Positions 29,445 to 39,247 of a stretch of 64,000 nt of DNA are shown here, one piece after another. Below the pieces are notes generated by a model. The model did no database searches, was not told where the DNA came from, and was given only the letters and a program-made list of their open reading frames with translations. Position numbers and translations under genes: made by a program. Position 1 is the first letter of the stretch. Each line of letters starts with the position of its first letter. The DNA is from Vicinamibacteria bacterium (GTDB lineage Bacteria; Acidobacteriota; Vicinamibacteria; Marinacidobacterales; Marinacidobacteraceae): positions 1,056,001 through 1,120,000 of the forward strand of contig OZ241322.1 in NCBI GenBank assembly GCA_965199715.1, read 5' to 3'.

Positions 29445-31005
29445 CGCTCAGGGACTCCGGCTCGGTTTCGACCGGCGCCGGCGGGGCCTCGGCGGTCGCC
29501 GACTCGGGCGAGAGACGCTCGACGATGGCCGCCACCGGAACCTCCAGCTTGTCGAGGAACGGCTTCGGGTACACGCCGATGAAGACGCACAGGACGACGA
29601 TCGGGATGAGGGTCGCGCTCTCGCGGGGCGTGACGTCGAGGAGCTTCTTGTTCTCCTCCTTGTCCAGCTTGCCGAACATGAGCCGCTGGTACAGCCACAG
29701 CAGGTAGGCGGCGCCGAGCACGATGCCGGAGACCGCGAACGCCGCGTACACCCAGTTGACCTGGAAGACGCCCTGCAGAATCAGGAACTCGCCGATGAAC
29801 CCGTTCAGCATCGGCAGGCCCATCGAGGCGAGCGCGATGATGAGGAACATCGCCGCATAGACCGGCACGACCTTCGCGATCCCGCCGTAGGCGGCGATCT
29901 CGCGGGTGCGCCGCTGCTCGTACATGATGCCGACAAGCAGGAAGAGTCCCCCGGTCGAGAGACCGTGGTTGATCATCTGGAGGATGCCGCCCTCCAGGCC
30001 GAGCGTGTTCAGGGCGAAGATTCCGAGCATCACGAAGCCGAGGTGGCTGACGGAGCTGTAGGCGACGAGGCTCTTCCAGTCCTTCTGGACGAGCGCGACC
30101 AGCGCCCCGTAGATGATCCCGATGATGGCGAGCGTGGCGACCCACCACACCGCCTCGCGGCTCGCGTCGGGGAGCAGCGGGATCGAGAACCGCACGAACC
30201 CGTACGTGCCCATCTTCAGGAGCACGCCCGCCAGGATGACCGATCCGGCGGTCGGGGCCTGGACGTGCGCGTCGGGCAGCCAGGTGTGGAACGGGAACAT
30301 CGGCACCTTGATCGCGAAGCCGATGAAGAACGCGAGGAAGACCCAGAACTGGAGCCCGGCGGCGTAGTCGGTGCCGAGCAGCCGCAGCAGGTCGAAGGTG
30401 TGCTCGCCGGTCGCGGCGTGGTGCGCGAAGTAGAGCGCGAGGATGCCGAGCAGCATCAGCACGCTGCCGACCAGCGTGTAGAGGAAGAACTTGATCGCCG
30501 CGTAGAGCTTGCGGGCGCCGCCCCAGACGCCGATGAGGAAGTACATCGGCACCAGCATCACTTCCCAGAACACGTAGAACAGGAAGAAGTCGAGGGCGAC
30601 GAACACCCCGAGCATGCCGGTCTGGAGGAACAGCAGGAAGACGTAGTACTGCTTGACCCGCTCGGTGACGGCGGTCCACGAGGAGAGGATCGCGATGAAC
30701 CCGAGCAGCGTGGTCATCAGGATCAGCAGCAGGCTGATCCCGTCCATGGCGATGTTGTATTCGACCCCGATGCTCGGGATCCACTCGTAGCGCTCGCTGA
30801 ACTGGAACTGCGGGCCGGAGGCGTCGAAGGCGAACCACAGCGGCAGCGAGATCAGGAACCCGACGAACGCCGCGATGTTGGCCATCCAGCGAATCCCGTT
30901 CTCGTTCTTCTTGTCCATGAGGAACAGGATGAGAAGCGCCGCGATCGCCGGAAAGAACACGACCAGCGAGAGGATCGGGAAGTTGAAGGGGTTGTTCTCA
31001 AACAT
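29437..31005 (-). CDS. nuoM: NADH-quinone oxidoreductase subunit M
   Basis: FYVFWEVML.PMY, KVPMFPFHTWLPDAHVQAPT, LLKMG.YG, and AYSSVSHLGFV motifs. Confidence 0.95.
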   Translation of the reverse strand: MFENNPFNFPILSLVVFFPAIAALLILFLMDKKNENGIRWMANIAAFVGFLISLPLWFAFDASGPQFQFSERYEWIPSIGVEYNIAMDGISLLLILMTTLLGFIAILSSWTAVTERVKQYYVFLLFLQTGMLGVFVALDFFLFYVFWEVMLVPMYFLIGVWGGARKLYAAIKFFLYTLVGSVLMLLGILALYFAHHAATGEHTFDLLRLLGTDYAAGLQFWVFLAFFIGFAIKVPMFPFHTWLPDAHVQAPTAGSVILAGVLLKMGTYGFVRFSIPLLPDASREAVWWVATLAIIGIIYGALVALVQKDWKSLVAYSSVSHLGFVMLGIFALNTLGLEGGILQMINHGLSTGGLFLLVGIMYEQRRTREIAAYGGIAKVVPVYAAMFLIIALASMGLPMLNGFIGEFLILQGVFQVNWVYAAFAVSGIVLGAAYLLWLYQRLMFGKLDKEENKKLLDVTPRESATLIPIVVLCVFIGVYPKPFLDKLEVPVAAIVERLSPESATAEAPPAPVETEPESLSDD

Positions 31006-31017
31006 TGCGAACGAGCT

Positions 31018-33042
31018 CTATCCCCAGAGGAAGAAGAACGCGGAGAGCGCCACGAGGGCCAGCAGCATGAGCAGGGCGTAGTTCTGGAACAGGCCGGTCT
31101 GGACGGCGCGGGCGCGCCCCGAGAGGCCGTCGAGGATCTCGGCCACGAGGTTCACCGCCCGGTCCACGAGGTGCTGGTCGGAAAGGTCGGAGAGATCGCC
31201 GCCGAGGCGGGTGACGGACGCGGCGCCGTTGACCGCGCCGTCCACCACCTTGCCGTCGAAGCGGCTGAGCCCCTCGGCGCCCCGGAGCGTGCCGGAGACC
31301 GCGGTGGCGTCGTAGATCTCGTCCACGTAGTACTTGTTGGAGAGCAGCCGGAAGGCGCCGCCGCCGGCGAGCGCCGCGTCCCGGGCCGGATCGGTCCAGT
31401 ACCGCTTGCGGGCGTACCAGATTCCGGCGAGCGCGAGCCCCACCGACAGGCCCATGAGCAGGTACTCGACGGTGTAGGAGGCGTGGTGCGGCGCCGGGGG
31501 CGCGTGCCCGCCGGCCCAGATGGCGGGCTCGAGGAAGTGCTCGATCCGGTTCGACCCGCCGAGCGCGGCGGGAACGCCGACGAAGCCGGCGACCACCGAC
31601 CCGGCGGCCAGGACCACGAGCGGGATCGTCATCGAGGACGACGACTCGCGGAGGTGCTTCTCCATCGAGGCGCCGCCCCGGAAGTCGCCCCAGAAGGTCA
31701 TGATGACCTGCCGGCTCATGTAGAAGGCGGTCATGGCCGCGGCCGCCGCGGCGAGGCCCCACAGCGCGAGGTGGCCGCCCTCGAAGGTCTTCCAGAGGAT
31801 TTCGTCCTTGCTGAAGAAGCCGGCGAGCGGCGGGATTCCGGCGATCGCCACCGTGGCGATCATGAACGTCCACGCGGTGCGCGGCATGTGCCGGACGAGG
31901 CCGCCCATGTTCCGCATGTCCTGCATGGCGGCGTAGTGGCGACGCCCGCCCGAGGCGTGCTCGGCGCGCTCCATCGCATGGATCACGCTGCCCGAGCCGA
32001 GGAAGAGGCACGCCTTGAAGAAGGCGTGGGTCATCAGGTGGAAGACCGCCGCGCCGAAGGCCCCGACCCCGGCCCCGAGGAACATGTAGCCGAGCTGCGA
32101 GACCGTGGAGTAGGCGAGAACCTTCTTGATGTCGTTCTGGAAGAGCGCGATCGAGGCGGCGAAGATCGCGGTGACCGCGCCCACCGTCGCGACGAGCCCG
32201 AGCGCCGCCGGGGCGTGGGCGAACAGCACGCCGGTGCGGGCGACCATGTACACACCCGCAGTCACCATCGTCGCGGCGTGGATGAGCGCCGAGACCGGGG
32301 TCGGCCCCTCCATCGCGTCGGGGAGCCAGACGTACAGCGGGATCTGCGCCGACTTGCCCGCCGCGCCCACGAAGAGCAGCACGCCGATCGCGGTGAGGAC
32401 GCCGCCCGTGGCTCCGGCCTCGCCGATCCGGCCCATGACCTCGTAGAAGTCGAGGGTTCCGAAGGTGACGAACGTGAGCATCACCGCGAGGATGAAGCCG
32501 GCGTCGCCGATCCGGTTGACCACGAAGGCCTTCTTGCCCGCCTTCGCCGCCGCGTCCCGATCGAACCAGAACCCGATGAGCAGGTACGAGCACAGGCCCA
32601 CGCCCTCCCAGCCGACGAACATCAGCAGGAAGTTCGCGCCGAGAACCAGGTTCAGCATGAAGAACGTGAACAGGTTCAGGTAGGCGAAGAAGCGGGCGAA
32701 GCCGGCGTCGTGGCTCATGTACCCGATCGAGTACACGTGGATCAGGAACCCGATCCCGGTGACGACGAGCGTCATCACCATCGACAGCGAGTCCAGCCGG
32801 TAGGCCCAGTCCACCCCCATGCTCGAGATCCACGGGAAGAGCGACTGCTCGATCCGCGCCGACGCGCCGCCCTCGGCGAGGAACGTGGTGAAGAAGATCC
32901 CGAGCGCCAGCAGGAACGAGGCGCCGACCGTCGCGCACGCGAGGTATCCGGCGAGCGGCTTCCCGAGCCGCTTTCCGAAGAGGCCGTTAACCAGCGCACC
33001 GATTCCGGGAAGAACCGGAAGGAGCCAGACGAGCGAGGTCAA
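31018..33042 (-). CDS. nuoL: NADH-quinone oxidoreductase subunit L
   Basis: GWEGVGLCSYLLIGFW, GKSAQIPL..WLPDAMEGPTPVSALIHAATMV, and THAFFKA motifs. Confidence 0.95.
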   Translation of the reverse strand: MTSLVWLLPVLPGIGALVNGLFGKRLGKPLAGYLACATVGASFLLALGIFFTTFLAEGGASARIEQSLFPWISSMGVDWAYRLDSLSMVMTLVVTGIGFLIHVYSIGYMSHDAGFARFFAYLNLFTFFMLNLVLGANFLLMFVGWEGVGLCSYLLIGFWFDRDAAAKAGKKAFVVNRIGDAGFILAVMLTFVTFGTLDFYEVMGRIGEAGATGGVLTAIGVLLFVGAAGKSAQIPLYVWLPDAMEGPTPVSALIHAATMVTAGVYMVARTGVLFAHAPAALGLVATVGAVTAIFAASIALFQNDIKKVLAYSTVSQLGYMFLGAGVGAFGAAVFHLMTHAFFKACLFLGSGSVIHAMERAEHASGGRRHYAAMQDMRNMGGLVRHMPRTAWTFMIATVAIAGIPPLAGFFSKDEILWKTFEGGHLALWGLAAAAAAMTAFYMSRQVIMTFWGDFRGGASMEKHLRESSSSMTIPLVVLAAGSVVAGFVGVPAALGGSNRIEHFLEPAIWAGGHAPPAPHHASYTVEYLLMGLSVGLALAGIWYARKRYWTDPARDAALAGGGAFRLLSNKYYVDEIYDATAVSGTLRGAEGLSRFDGKVVDGAVNGAASVTRLGGDLSDLSDQHLVDRAVNLVAEILDGLSGRARAVQTGLFQNYALLMLLALVALSAFFFLWG

Positions 33043-33133
33043 TCCAAGGAGTTGGTGCGGGTTACGGGCGCCGGAGGATTCCGTTGAAGGATCGCTCGGC
33101 GGAGACGCGCGAAACGCCCCGCGGGGAGCGTGG

Positions 33134-33163
33134 AAGGTAACGGATCGGGGCCCTCCAAGTCAA
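33134..33163 (-). promoter_or_regulatory. Putative sigma70 promoter of the nuoL-nuoM-atp operon
   Basis: TTGACT-N18-TACCTT on the minus strand in the intergenic gap upstream of nuoL. Confidence 0.5.
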
Positions 33164-33190
33164 CGAACGCAGGGCCTCGGGGAGCGCCGG

Positions 33191-33982
33191 TCAGGTCACG
33201 CTGCGGACGTGGCCGCCGTCCACCTGGAGCACCGTCCCGGTGACGTAGCTGGCGCGTTCGGAGGCCAGAAACGCGGCCACCGCGCCGAATTCCTCGGGCT
33301 CGCCGACGCGCCCGAGCGGGATGTCCCGCGCCCACTCCCCATAGACGTCGGCTTCGGGGATTCCGCGCCGCGCCGCGATGTGAGACGCGATCTCGACGAG
33401 CCGGTCGGTGCGGGTGTACCCCGGGCAGAGCACGTTGGCGAGCACCCCGTCGGGGGCCGCCTCGTCCGCCACCGACTTGATGAACCCGGCGACGCCCGAG
33501 CGGGCGGTGTTCGAGAGGATGATGTCGGGGACCGGCTGCTTCACCGAAACCGACGCGATCGCGACGATCCGCCCCCACCCGCGCTCGCGCATGCCGGGCA
33601 CGGCGGCGCGCACGAGGTGCACCGTCGAGAGCAGGATCTGCTCGAGCGCGTCCTTCCAGATCGCGGCGGTGGTCGCCGGCAGGCGCATCGGGGGCGGCCC
33701 GCCGGTGTTCGTGACCAGGATGTCCACCTTGCCGAAGCGCGCCTCGGCGGCGCGGACGAACCCCTCGGCGGCGGCCGGATCGCCGACGTCCACCGGCCAG
33801 GCGAGCGTCTCCACCCCGAACTCGTCCCGGATCGCCTGCGCCGTCTCCTCGAGCGGCCCCCGGGTCCGCGCCCCGAGCGCCAGATGGACCCCCTCGGCCG
33901 CGAGCGCCCGGGCGACCGCGCGGCCGAGCCCCCGGCTCGCGGCCGCCACCACGGCGACCCGGCCGGTCAGACCGAGATCCAA
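33191..33982 (-). CDS. SDR family oxidoreductase
   Basis: AASRGLG, DILVTNTGGP, N.LCPG and ASYVTG..L.VDGG motifs. Confidence 0.9.
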   Translation of the reverse strand: MDLGLTGRVAVVAAASRGLGRAVARALAAEGVHLALGARTRGPLEETAQAIRDEFGVETLAWPVDVGDPAAAEGFVRAAEARFGKVDILVTNTGGPPPMRLPATTAAIWKDALEQILLSTVHLVRAAVPGMRERGWGRIVAIASVSVKQPVPDIILSNTARSGVAGFIKSVADEAAPDGVLANVLCPGYTRTDRLVEIASHIAARRGIPEADVYGEWARDIPLGRVGEPEEFGAVAAFLASERASYVTGTVLQVDGGHVRSVT

Positions 33983-33989
33983 GGACCGG

Positions 33990-34322
33990 TCAGTTGTACT
34001 GGCGTTCCTTGCATGGAACGCAGACGCGGGTCCACGGAACCGCCGCCAGCCGCAGCCGCGGGATCTCCTCGTCGCACTCGGAGCAGATCCCGTATTCGCC
34101 GTTCTTGATGCGGCCGAGCGCCTTCTCGATGGCGCGCAGCAGCTTGGCGTCGTTCTGCTGGAGCTGGATCGCGATCTCGTCGTCGGTCGCGACCAGCGAG
34201 CGGTCGCCGTCGTCGCCGTGGCTGGGCGATCCGGAGAAGGCGCGGGTCGGAACCTGGCTCTCGATCTCGGCCTTCTTGGCGAGGAGGCGCGCCTCGTGCT
34301 GCTGCAGATCCTCGGGGGTCAT
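33990..34322 (-). CDS. TraR/DksA C4-type zinc finger protein
   Basis: GEYGICSECDEEI...RL.AVPW...CVPCK. Confidence 0.9.
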   Translation of the reverse strand: MTPEDLQQHEARLLAKKAEIESQVPTRAFSGSPSHGDDGDRSLVATDDEIAIQLQQNDAKLLRAIEKALGRIKNGEYGICSECDEEIPRLRLAAVPWTRVCVPCKERQYN

Positions 34323-34346
34323 GGTGCGGAAAGGAGGGCGATTTTA

Positions 34347-34847
34347 TCAGCTTCCCTTCGCGTGACGGGTCTTGCCGGCGAGAAGGTCGAGCGCGTGCGG
34401 GAGCGTCGGGGCGAGCGTCCTGAGGCCGGTCGCCACCGCCCTCGGGCTGCCCGGAAGCGCCACGACGAGCGTCGCGCCGATCGCGCCCGCGAAGCTGCGG
34501 GAGAGCACCGCCATGGGAGTCTCGGAGAGCCCGTCGCTGCGCAGGAGCTCGCCGTAGCCGGGGAGCTCCCGGTCGAGCAGCGGCCGGACCGCTTCCGGGG
34601 TCCGGTCGCGGGGGCCGAGCCCGGTCCCGCCGGACGAGACCACGAGCCGGATCCCGGCGGCCGTCCACTCCCGGACCCGCTCGCGCACCGCCTCGATCTC
34701 GTCGGGGACGATCGCCTGCTCGCGGACCTCGAAGCCGAAGTCGGAGAGCGCGTCCCGGGCGACCGCGCCGGACCGGTCCTCGACGACGCCGGCCGCGCAG
34801 CCGTCGCTCACGGTCAGGACGGCGGCGGAATTGCGAGGGGCGGTCAC
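34347..34847 (-). CDS. MogA/MoaB molybdenum cofactor biosynthesis protein
   Basis: LTVSD...DRSG, GGTG.GPRD.TPEA and LPGSP motifs. Confidence 0.9.
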   Translation of the reverse strand: MTAPRNSAAVLTVSDGCAAGVVEDRSGAVARDALSDFGFEVREQAIVPDEIEAVRERVREWTAAGIRLVVSSGGTGLGPRDRTPEAVRPLLDRELPGYGELLRSDGLSETPMAVLSRSFAGAIGATLVVALPGSPRAVATGLRTLAPTLPHALDLLAGKTRHAKGS

Positions 34848-34878
34848 TGGAAAGCCGTTGGGGCAGAATAGACGAACG

Positions 34879-35793
34879 ATGCCGCTTCCCTCGGTCCGCT
34901 GGCGGACGCCGGCGGTCGTGATCGCGCTGATCGTCTCCGGCGGGATCACCGCGCTGGCGCAGACCTACCAGTTCCGGGTCACCGTCGATCTGATCTCGCT
35001 GAACGTGACGGTCACCGACACCCGCGACCGCTTCGTGACCGAGCTGATCCGCGAGGACTTCTCGGTGTACGAGGACGGCGTCTTGCAGGAGGTCGAGGCG
35101 TTCTCCCGGGAGGACCTGCCGATCCGGATGGTGCTGCTGCTCGACACCTCGGCCAGCATGCAGGACAAGATGCAGTTCGCGCAGGAGGCGGCGGTGCGGT
35201 TCACCCGCACGCTGCGGGTCGAGGACCTCGCGCAAGTGATCGAGTTCGGAAGCCACGCGAACATCCTCCAGACGTTCACGAGCGACCGGACCAAGCTGGA
35301 GCGGGCGATCCGGATGACTCAGCCGGGGGGGACCACGAAGCTCCACAACGCGATCTACATCTCGCTCCACGCGCTCGCCCGCCGGCGGACCGAGCCCCGG
35401 CGGCAGGCGATCATCCTGCTTTCCGACGGGCACGACACGAGCTCGCTCGTAACCTTCGAGCAGGTCCTCGACCTGACCAAGGACACCGACGTGGTGATCT
35501 ACACGATCTCGCTCCAGAACACGAGCCGGCGGCGCGGCCGGCGCTTTTCGGAGGCGGAGCACGTCCTCAAGAACCTCGCCGAGGAGACCGGCGGACAGTG
35601 GTTCTTCCCGACCGCGATCCAGGAGCTGGAGTCGGTGTACGACCGGATCGCCGAGGAGCTCAAGAGCCAGTACAACCTTGGGTACATCTCGAACAACCCC
35701 CGCCGCGACGGGGCGTGGCGCCGGATCGTGGTTCAGACCTCGTATCCCGACGCCCGAGTGCGCACGAAGCTCGGTTACTACGCTCCGGGCTAG
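34879..35793 (+). CDS. VWA domain protein (Acidobacterial VWFA type)
   Basis: DTSASM MIDAS, LSDG.DTSS, LA.ETGG, and QY.LGY.S.N...DG.WRRI motifs. Confidence 0.9.
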   Translation: MPLPSVRWRTPAVVIALIVSGGITALAQTYQFRVTVDLISLNVTVTDTRDRFVTELIREDFSVYEDGVLQEVEAFSREDLPIRMVLLLDTSASMQDKMQFAQEAAVRFTRTLRVEDLAQVIEFGSHANILQTFTSDRTKLERAIRMTQPGGTTKLHNAIYISLHALARRRTEPRRQAIILLSDGHDTSSLVTFEQVLDLTKDTDVVIYTISLQNTSRRRGRRFSEAEHVLKNLAEETGGQWFFPTAIQELESVYDRIAEELKSQYNLGYISNNPRRDGAWRRIVVQTSYPDARVRTKLGYYAPG

Positions 35794-35801
35794 CCCGCCC
35801 G

Positions 35802-36932
35802 ATGCAGCATCCGCTGGCCCGGAGCGATCGCGCCTCGGGCGGGCGCCGCCACCCGGAAACGCCGCACGCGTTCCGCACCGAGTACCAGCGCGACCGCGAC
35901 CGCGTCATCCACTCGAGCGCGTTCCGCCGGCTGCAGGGCAAGACCCAAGTCTTCGTCACCGACTACGCCGACCACCCGAGGACCCGGCTCACCCACACGC
36001 TCGAAGTCGCGCAGATCGCCCGGACGCTGGCGCGGGCGCTCGGCTTCAACGAGGACCTGACCGAGGCGACCGCGCTCGCCCACGATCTGGGCCATCCCCC
36101 GTTCGGGCACGCCGGCGAGGAGGAGCTGGACCGGCTCATGCGCGGCCATGGCGGGTTCGAGCACAACATCCAGTCCTTCCGCATCGTGGAGAAGCTGGAG
36201 CGGGCCTATCCCGGTTTCGCCGGCCTCAACCTGACCCGGGAGACCCGGTTGGGCGTGTTCGCGCACTCGCCCCGCACCGGTTGGCGGCCCTCCGACTTCG
36301 AGGGCCTGACGCAGCCGCCGCTGGAGGGCCAGCTCGCCGACATGGCAGACGAAATCGCGTACACGGCGCACGACATGGAGGACGGCTTCGCCTCGGGGCT
36401 GCTCCGGCCGGAGGCGCTCGCTCCCTCGGCGCTCTTCGCCCGCAACTGGGATCCCGGCCAGGCGGTGCGGGACGGCTCGCGGCGGGTCGGGGTCCGCAAT
36501 CTGGTGCGGGGCGTGATCGGGACGCTCGGGGACGCAGTGATCCGGGAGACGCGCGCGCGCGCCGCCGCGTCCGGGCTGCGGGAGCCGGACGAGGTTCTTC
36601 GGCACGACCGCCCGCTGGTCGGGCTGGACGCGGACGCCGCCGCCGAGCTCGCCGCGCTGAAGGGCCTTCTCGCCGACGGGCTCTACCGGCATCCCGACGT
36701 GGTCCGCGCGACGCGCCGGCGGACGCGGGCGCTGCCGACGCTATTCCACCACTATCTCGATCATCCCGAAGGGCTTCCGCCGCACGTGGGGCGACGCATG
36801 GAGCGGACGAAGCCCCAGCGCGTGGTCTGCGACTACCTCGCCGGGATGACCGACCGCTTCACGATGCGCTGCCACCGGGCCCTGAAGGCCGGGCGGCCGC
36901 CGCCGACCCGGGGCTTTCCGGGACGGCTCTAG
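35802..36932 (+). CDS. dgt: Deoxyguanosinetriphosphate triphosphohydrolase (HD family)
   Basis: RDRDRVIHS.AFRRLQGKTQVF, RLTHTLEV, AHDLGHPPFGHAGE and DYLAGMTD motifs. Confidence 0.93.
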   Translation: MQHPLARSDRASGGRRHPETPHAFRTEYQRDRDRVIHSSAFRRLQGKTQVFVTDYADHPRTRLTHTLEVAQIARTLARALGFNEDLTEATALAHDLGHPPFGHAGEEELDRLMRGHGGFEHNIQSFRIVEKLERAYPGFAGLNLTRETRLGVFAHSPRTGWRPSDFEGLTQPPLEGQLADMADEIAYTAHDMEDGFASGLLRPEALAPSALFARNWDPGQAVRDGSRRVGVRNLVRGVIGTLGDAVIRETRARAAASGLREPDEVLRHDRPLVGLDADAAAELAALKGLLADGLYRHPDVVRATRRRTRALPTLFHHYLDHPEGLPPHVGRRMERTKPQRVVCDYLAGMTDRFTMRCHRALKAGRPPPTRGFPGRL

Positions 36933-36935
36933 GAG

Positions 36936-37502
36936 CTATGGCTCCGGCTCGCTCTCGCCGCGGGGCCGAACCTCGTAGATCGGCTCCTCCTCGTCCGGCT
37001 CGAGGAACCTCTCGACTCCGGGAGGGCCGAGCCTTCGGTCGGCGACGATGCGGCCCCGGGACGTGTATGCCGAGGAGCCGACCCGCAAGAACACCTCCGC
37101 CTCCACGTCCTCCCACAACGGGTTGTCGAACATCCGCTCGGGAGCGTCCTTCGAGAGGTAGTTCGAGTCCGAGTACAGCGTGACGTCCGCCGTCGAAGCG
37201 CCCGGATCGAGCGGGGCCTCGGAAACCGAATGCAGGTACCCGGTGCCCCACGCCTCGTCCGGAGCCGACAGCCGCCGGAAGGTCACGTGCGACTGGATGT
37301 AGCTGACGGGGTCGGGGCCGTCGTTGCGGATCGTGAAACGCACCGCGGGGCGGATGTAGCTGTAGCCCTCGGGATCGACGCCGAGCACGCCCCAGTAGGA
37401 GACGAGCCCCTCGACCTGGAGCGCCGCTACGGCCTCGGTGGAGGCCTGTCCGACGCATCCCCCGGCCGCCAGCAGGGCGAGGGGAAGGACGATGGAGCGC
37501 AT
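36936..37502 (-). CDS. Hypothetical lipoprotein
   Basis: MRSIVLPLALLAAGGC lipobox and coding-like composition. Confidence 0.65.
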   Translation of the reverse strand: MRSIVLPLALLAAGGCVGQASTEAVAALQVEGLVSYWGVLGVDPEGYSYIRPAVRFTIRNDGPDPVSYIQSHVTFRRLSAPDEAWGTGYLHSVSEAPLDPGASTADVTLYSDSNYLSKDAPERMFDNPLWEDVEAEVFLRVGSSAYTSRGRIVADRRLGPPGVERFLEPDEEEPIYEVRPRGESEPEP

Positions 37503-37550
37503 CGGAAGCGCCAGTATACTGACGGGTTGGCCCGTCCGGCCTGATCGCAA

Positions 37551-38480
37551 ATGCCCCCGGTAGTCCAGGTGGACCGCGTGTCCAAGCGGTACGGAACCAC
37601 GCTCGCGGTCGATGAGCTCAGCTTCTCGATCGAGTCGGGCGAGGTGCTCGGGTTCCTCGGCCCGAACGGCGCCGGGAAGACGACGACGATGCGGCTCGTC
37701 ACCGGCTTCATGCCGCCGACCGAGGGGCGGGTGCTGATCGGCGGCCAGGACGTCGCCGAGGCGCCGGCGGAGGCCAAGCGGGACGTCGGGTACCTGCCCG
37801 AGCAGCCGCCGCTCTACCCCGAGATGGAGGTGCGCGCCTTCCTCGAGTTCGCCGCCCGCCTCCGTCGGGTCCCGCGGTCCCGGATCACCGGGGCGGTCGA
37901 TCAAGCGATGGAGCGGACCGCGCTCGGCGACGTCCGGGACCGCCCGCTCGGGGCGCTCAGCAAGGGGTTCCGCCAGCGCGTCGGCCTCGCCCAGGCGCTT
38001 GTCCACGACCCGGGCCTGCTCGTGCTGGACGAGCCCACGGCCGGGCTGGATCCGAGGCAGATCCACGAGACCCGCGAGCTCATCCGCGGCCTCGCCGGCG
38101 AGCGGACCGTGATCCTCTCGACGCACATCCTGCCGGAAGTGGCGGCGACCTGCGACCGGGTGGTCATCATCCACCAGGGCCGATTGCTGGCGGAGGACAC
38201 TCCCGAGCGGCTCGGCGCCGGGATCGCCGGCGGCTTCGTCGAGATCGAGACCCAGGGCGATCCCGAGCGGATCGAGGCGACTCTCGCCGCCGTCCCGGGC
38301 GTGCGGCGGGTCGGGGTCGAGTCGGACGGGCGGTATCGCGTCGAGAGCGAGGCCGACGTGCGCAGCGAGGCGGCGCGGGCGCTCCTCGACGCCGGGTTCC
38401 CGCTGCTCGGGCTGCGGCGCGCCGGAGCCACGCTGGAGGAAGCGTTCTTGCACCTCACCACCAGCGAGGCGGAGGAATGA
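37551..38480 (+). CDS. ABC transporter ATP-binding protein (GldA-like)
   Basis: GPNGAGKTT, LSKGFRQRVGLA and LDEPT motifs. Confidence 0.95.
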   Translation: MPPVVQVDRVSKRYGTTLAVDELSFSIESGEVLGFLGPNGAGKTTTMRLVTGFMPPTEGRVLIGGQDVAEAPAEAKRDVGYLPEQPPLYPEMEVRAFLEFAARLRRVPRSRITGAVDQAMERTALGDVRDRPLGALSKGFRQRVGLAQALVHDPGLLVLDEPTAGLDPRQIHETRELIRGLAGERTVILSTHILPEVAATCDRVVIIHQGRLLAEDTPERLGAGIAGGFVEIETQGDPERIEATLAAVPGVRRVGVESDGRYRVESEADVRSEAARALLDAGFPLLGLRRAGATLEEAFLHLTTSEAEE

Positions 38481-39247
38481 GGATCGCGCTGGCCATCGCC
38501 CGCCGGGACCTCGGCGGGTGGTTCGCCTCGCCGATCGCGTTCGCGCTGCTCGGGGCGTTCGCGTTCCTCTACGGCTACTTCTTCACCGACTACCTGCGCG
38601 GGTTCGTCGAGGCCGGCATGCGGATGAGCCAGCTCGGCGGCTTCTCCGGCGGGACGCTGAACGTGAACAGCGACCTGATCCGCTGGCTCATGGCGAGCGC
38701 CGCCGTGCTCCTGGTCTTCCTGACGCCCCTCGTGACGATGCGCGGCGTGGCTTCGGAACTGCGCTCGGGAACCGTGGAGCTGCTGCTGACCGCGCCGGTG
38801 ACCGACGGGCAGATCGTGCTGGGGAAGTTCCTCGCGTCGTTCGCGCTCTTCGCGGCGATGATCGGTACCACCGGCTTCCACACGGCGATCCTGTTCTGGC
38901 ACTCGACGCCGGACGTCGCGCCGGTGCTGAGCGCCTATCTCGGCCTGCTGCTGCTCGGGGCCGCGTTCTGCTCGATCGGGCTCTTCTTCTCGACCCTCAC
39001 GAAGAGCCAGATCGTCGCCGGGATCCTCACGCTGCTCGCGCTGCTCGTGCTCTGGCTGCTGGAGTTCACCGGTCCCGAATCCGGCGGGTCCACGCCGCTG
39101 CTCGCGTACCTGTCCGCGACCGGGCACGTGGCCGACTTCACCCGGGGCGTGATCCCGACCCGCAGCGTCATCTTCTACCTGTCGTTCACGGCGTTCTGGC
39201 TGTTTCTCGCCCGCGAGTCGGTGCGCTCCCGGCGGTGGCGCGGATGA
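38477..39247 (+). CDS. ABC-2 permease (GldF-like)
   Basis: About six TM helices, SGTVELLLTAPV...IVLGKF. Confidence 0.9.
   Translation: MRIALAIARRDLGGWFASPIAFALLGAFAFLYGYFFTDYLRGFVEAGMRMSQLGGFSGGTLNVNSDLIRWLMASAAVLLVFLTPLVTMRGVASELRSGTVELLLTAPVTDGQIVLGKFLASFALFAAMIGTTGFHTAILFWHSTPDVAPVLSAYLGLLLLGAAFCSIGLFFSTLTKSQIVAGILTLLALLVLWLLEFTGPESGGSTPLLAYLSATGHVADFTRGVIPTRSVIFYLSFTAFWLFLARESVRSRRWRG

Noticed and set aside
29320-33087. 1255-aa plus-strand ORF and similar long R/G/P/A-rich ORFs (for example 23243-26824, 42719-45559, 54612-56978)
   Set aside because: These are stop-poor alternate or antisense frames expected at very high GC, overlapping well-supported genes and lacking motifs.
35802-36932. 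dGTPase as an anti-phage nucleotide-depletion system
   Set aside because: It is the short housekeeping-type Dgt with host-like codons in a core-gene context.
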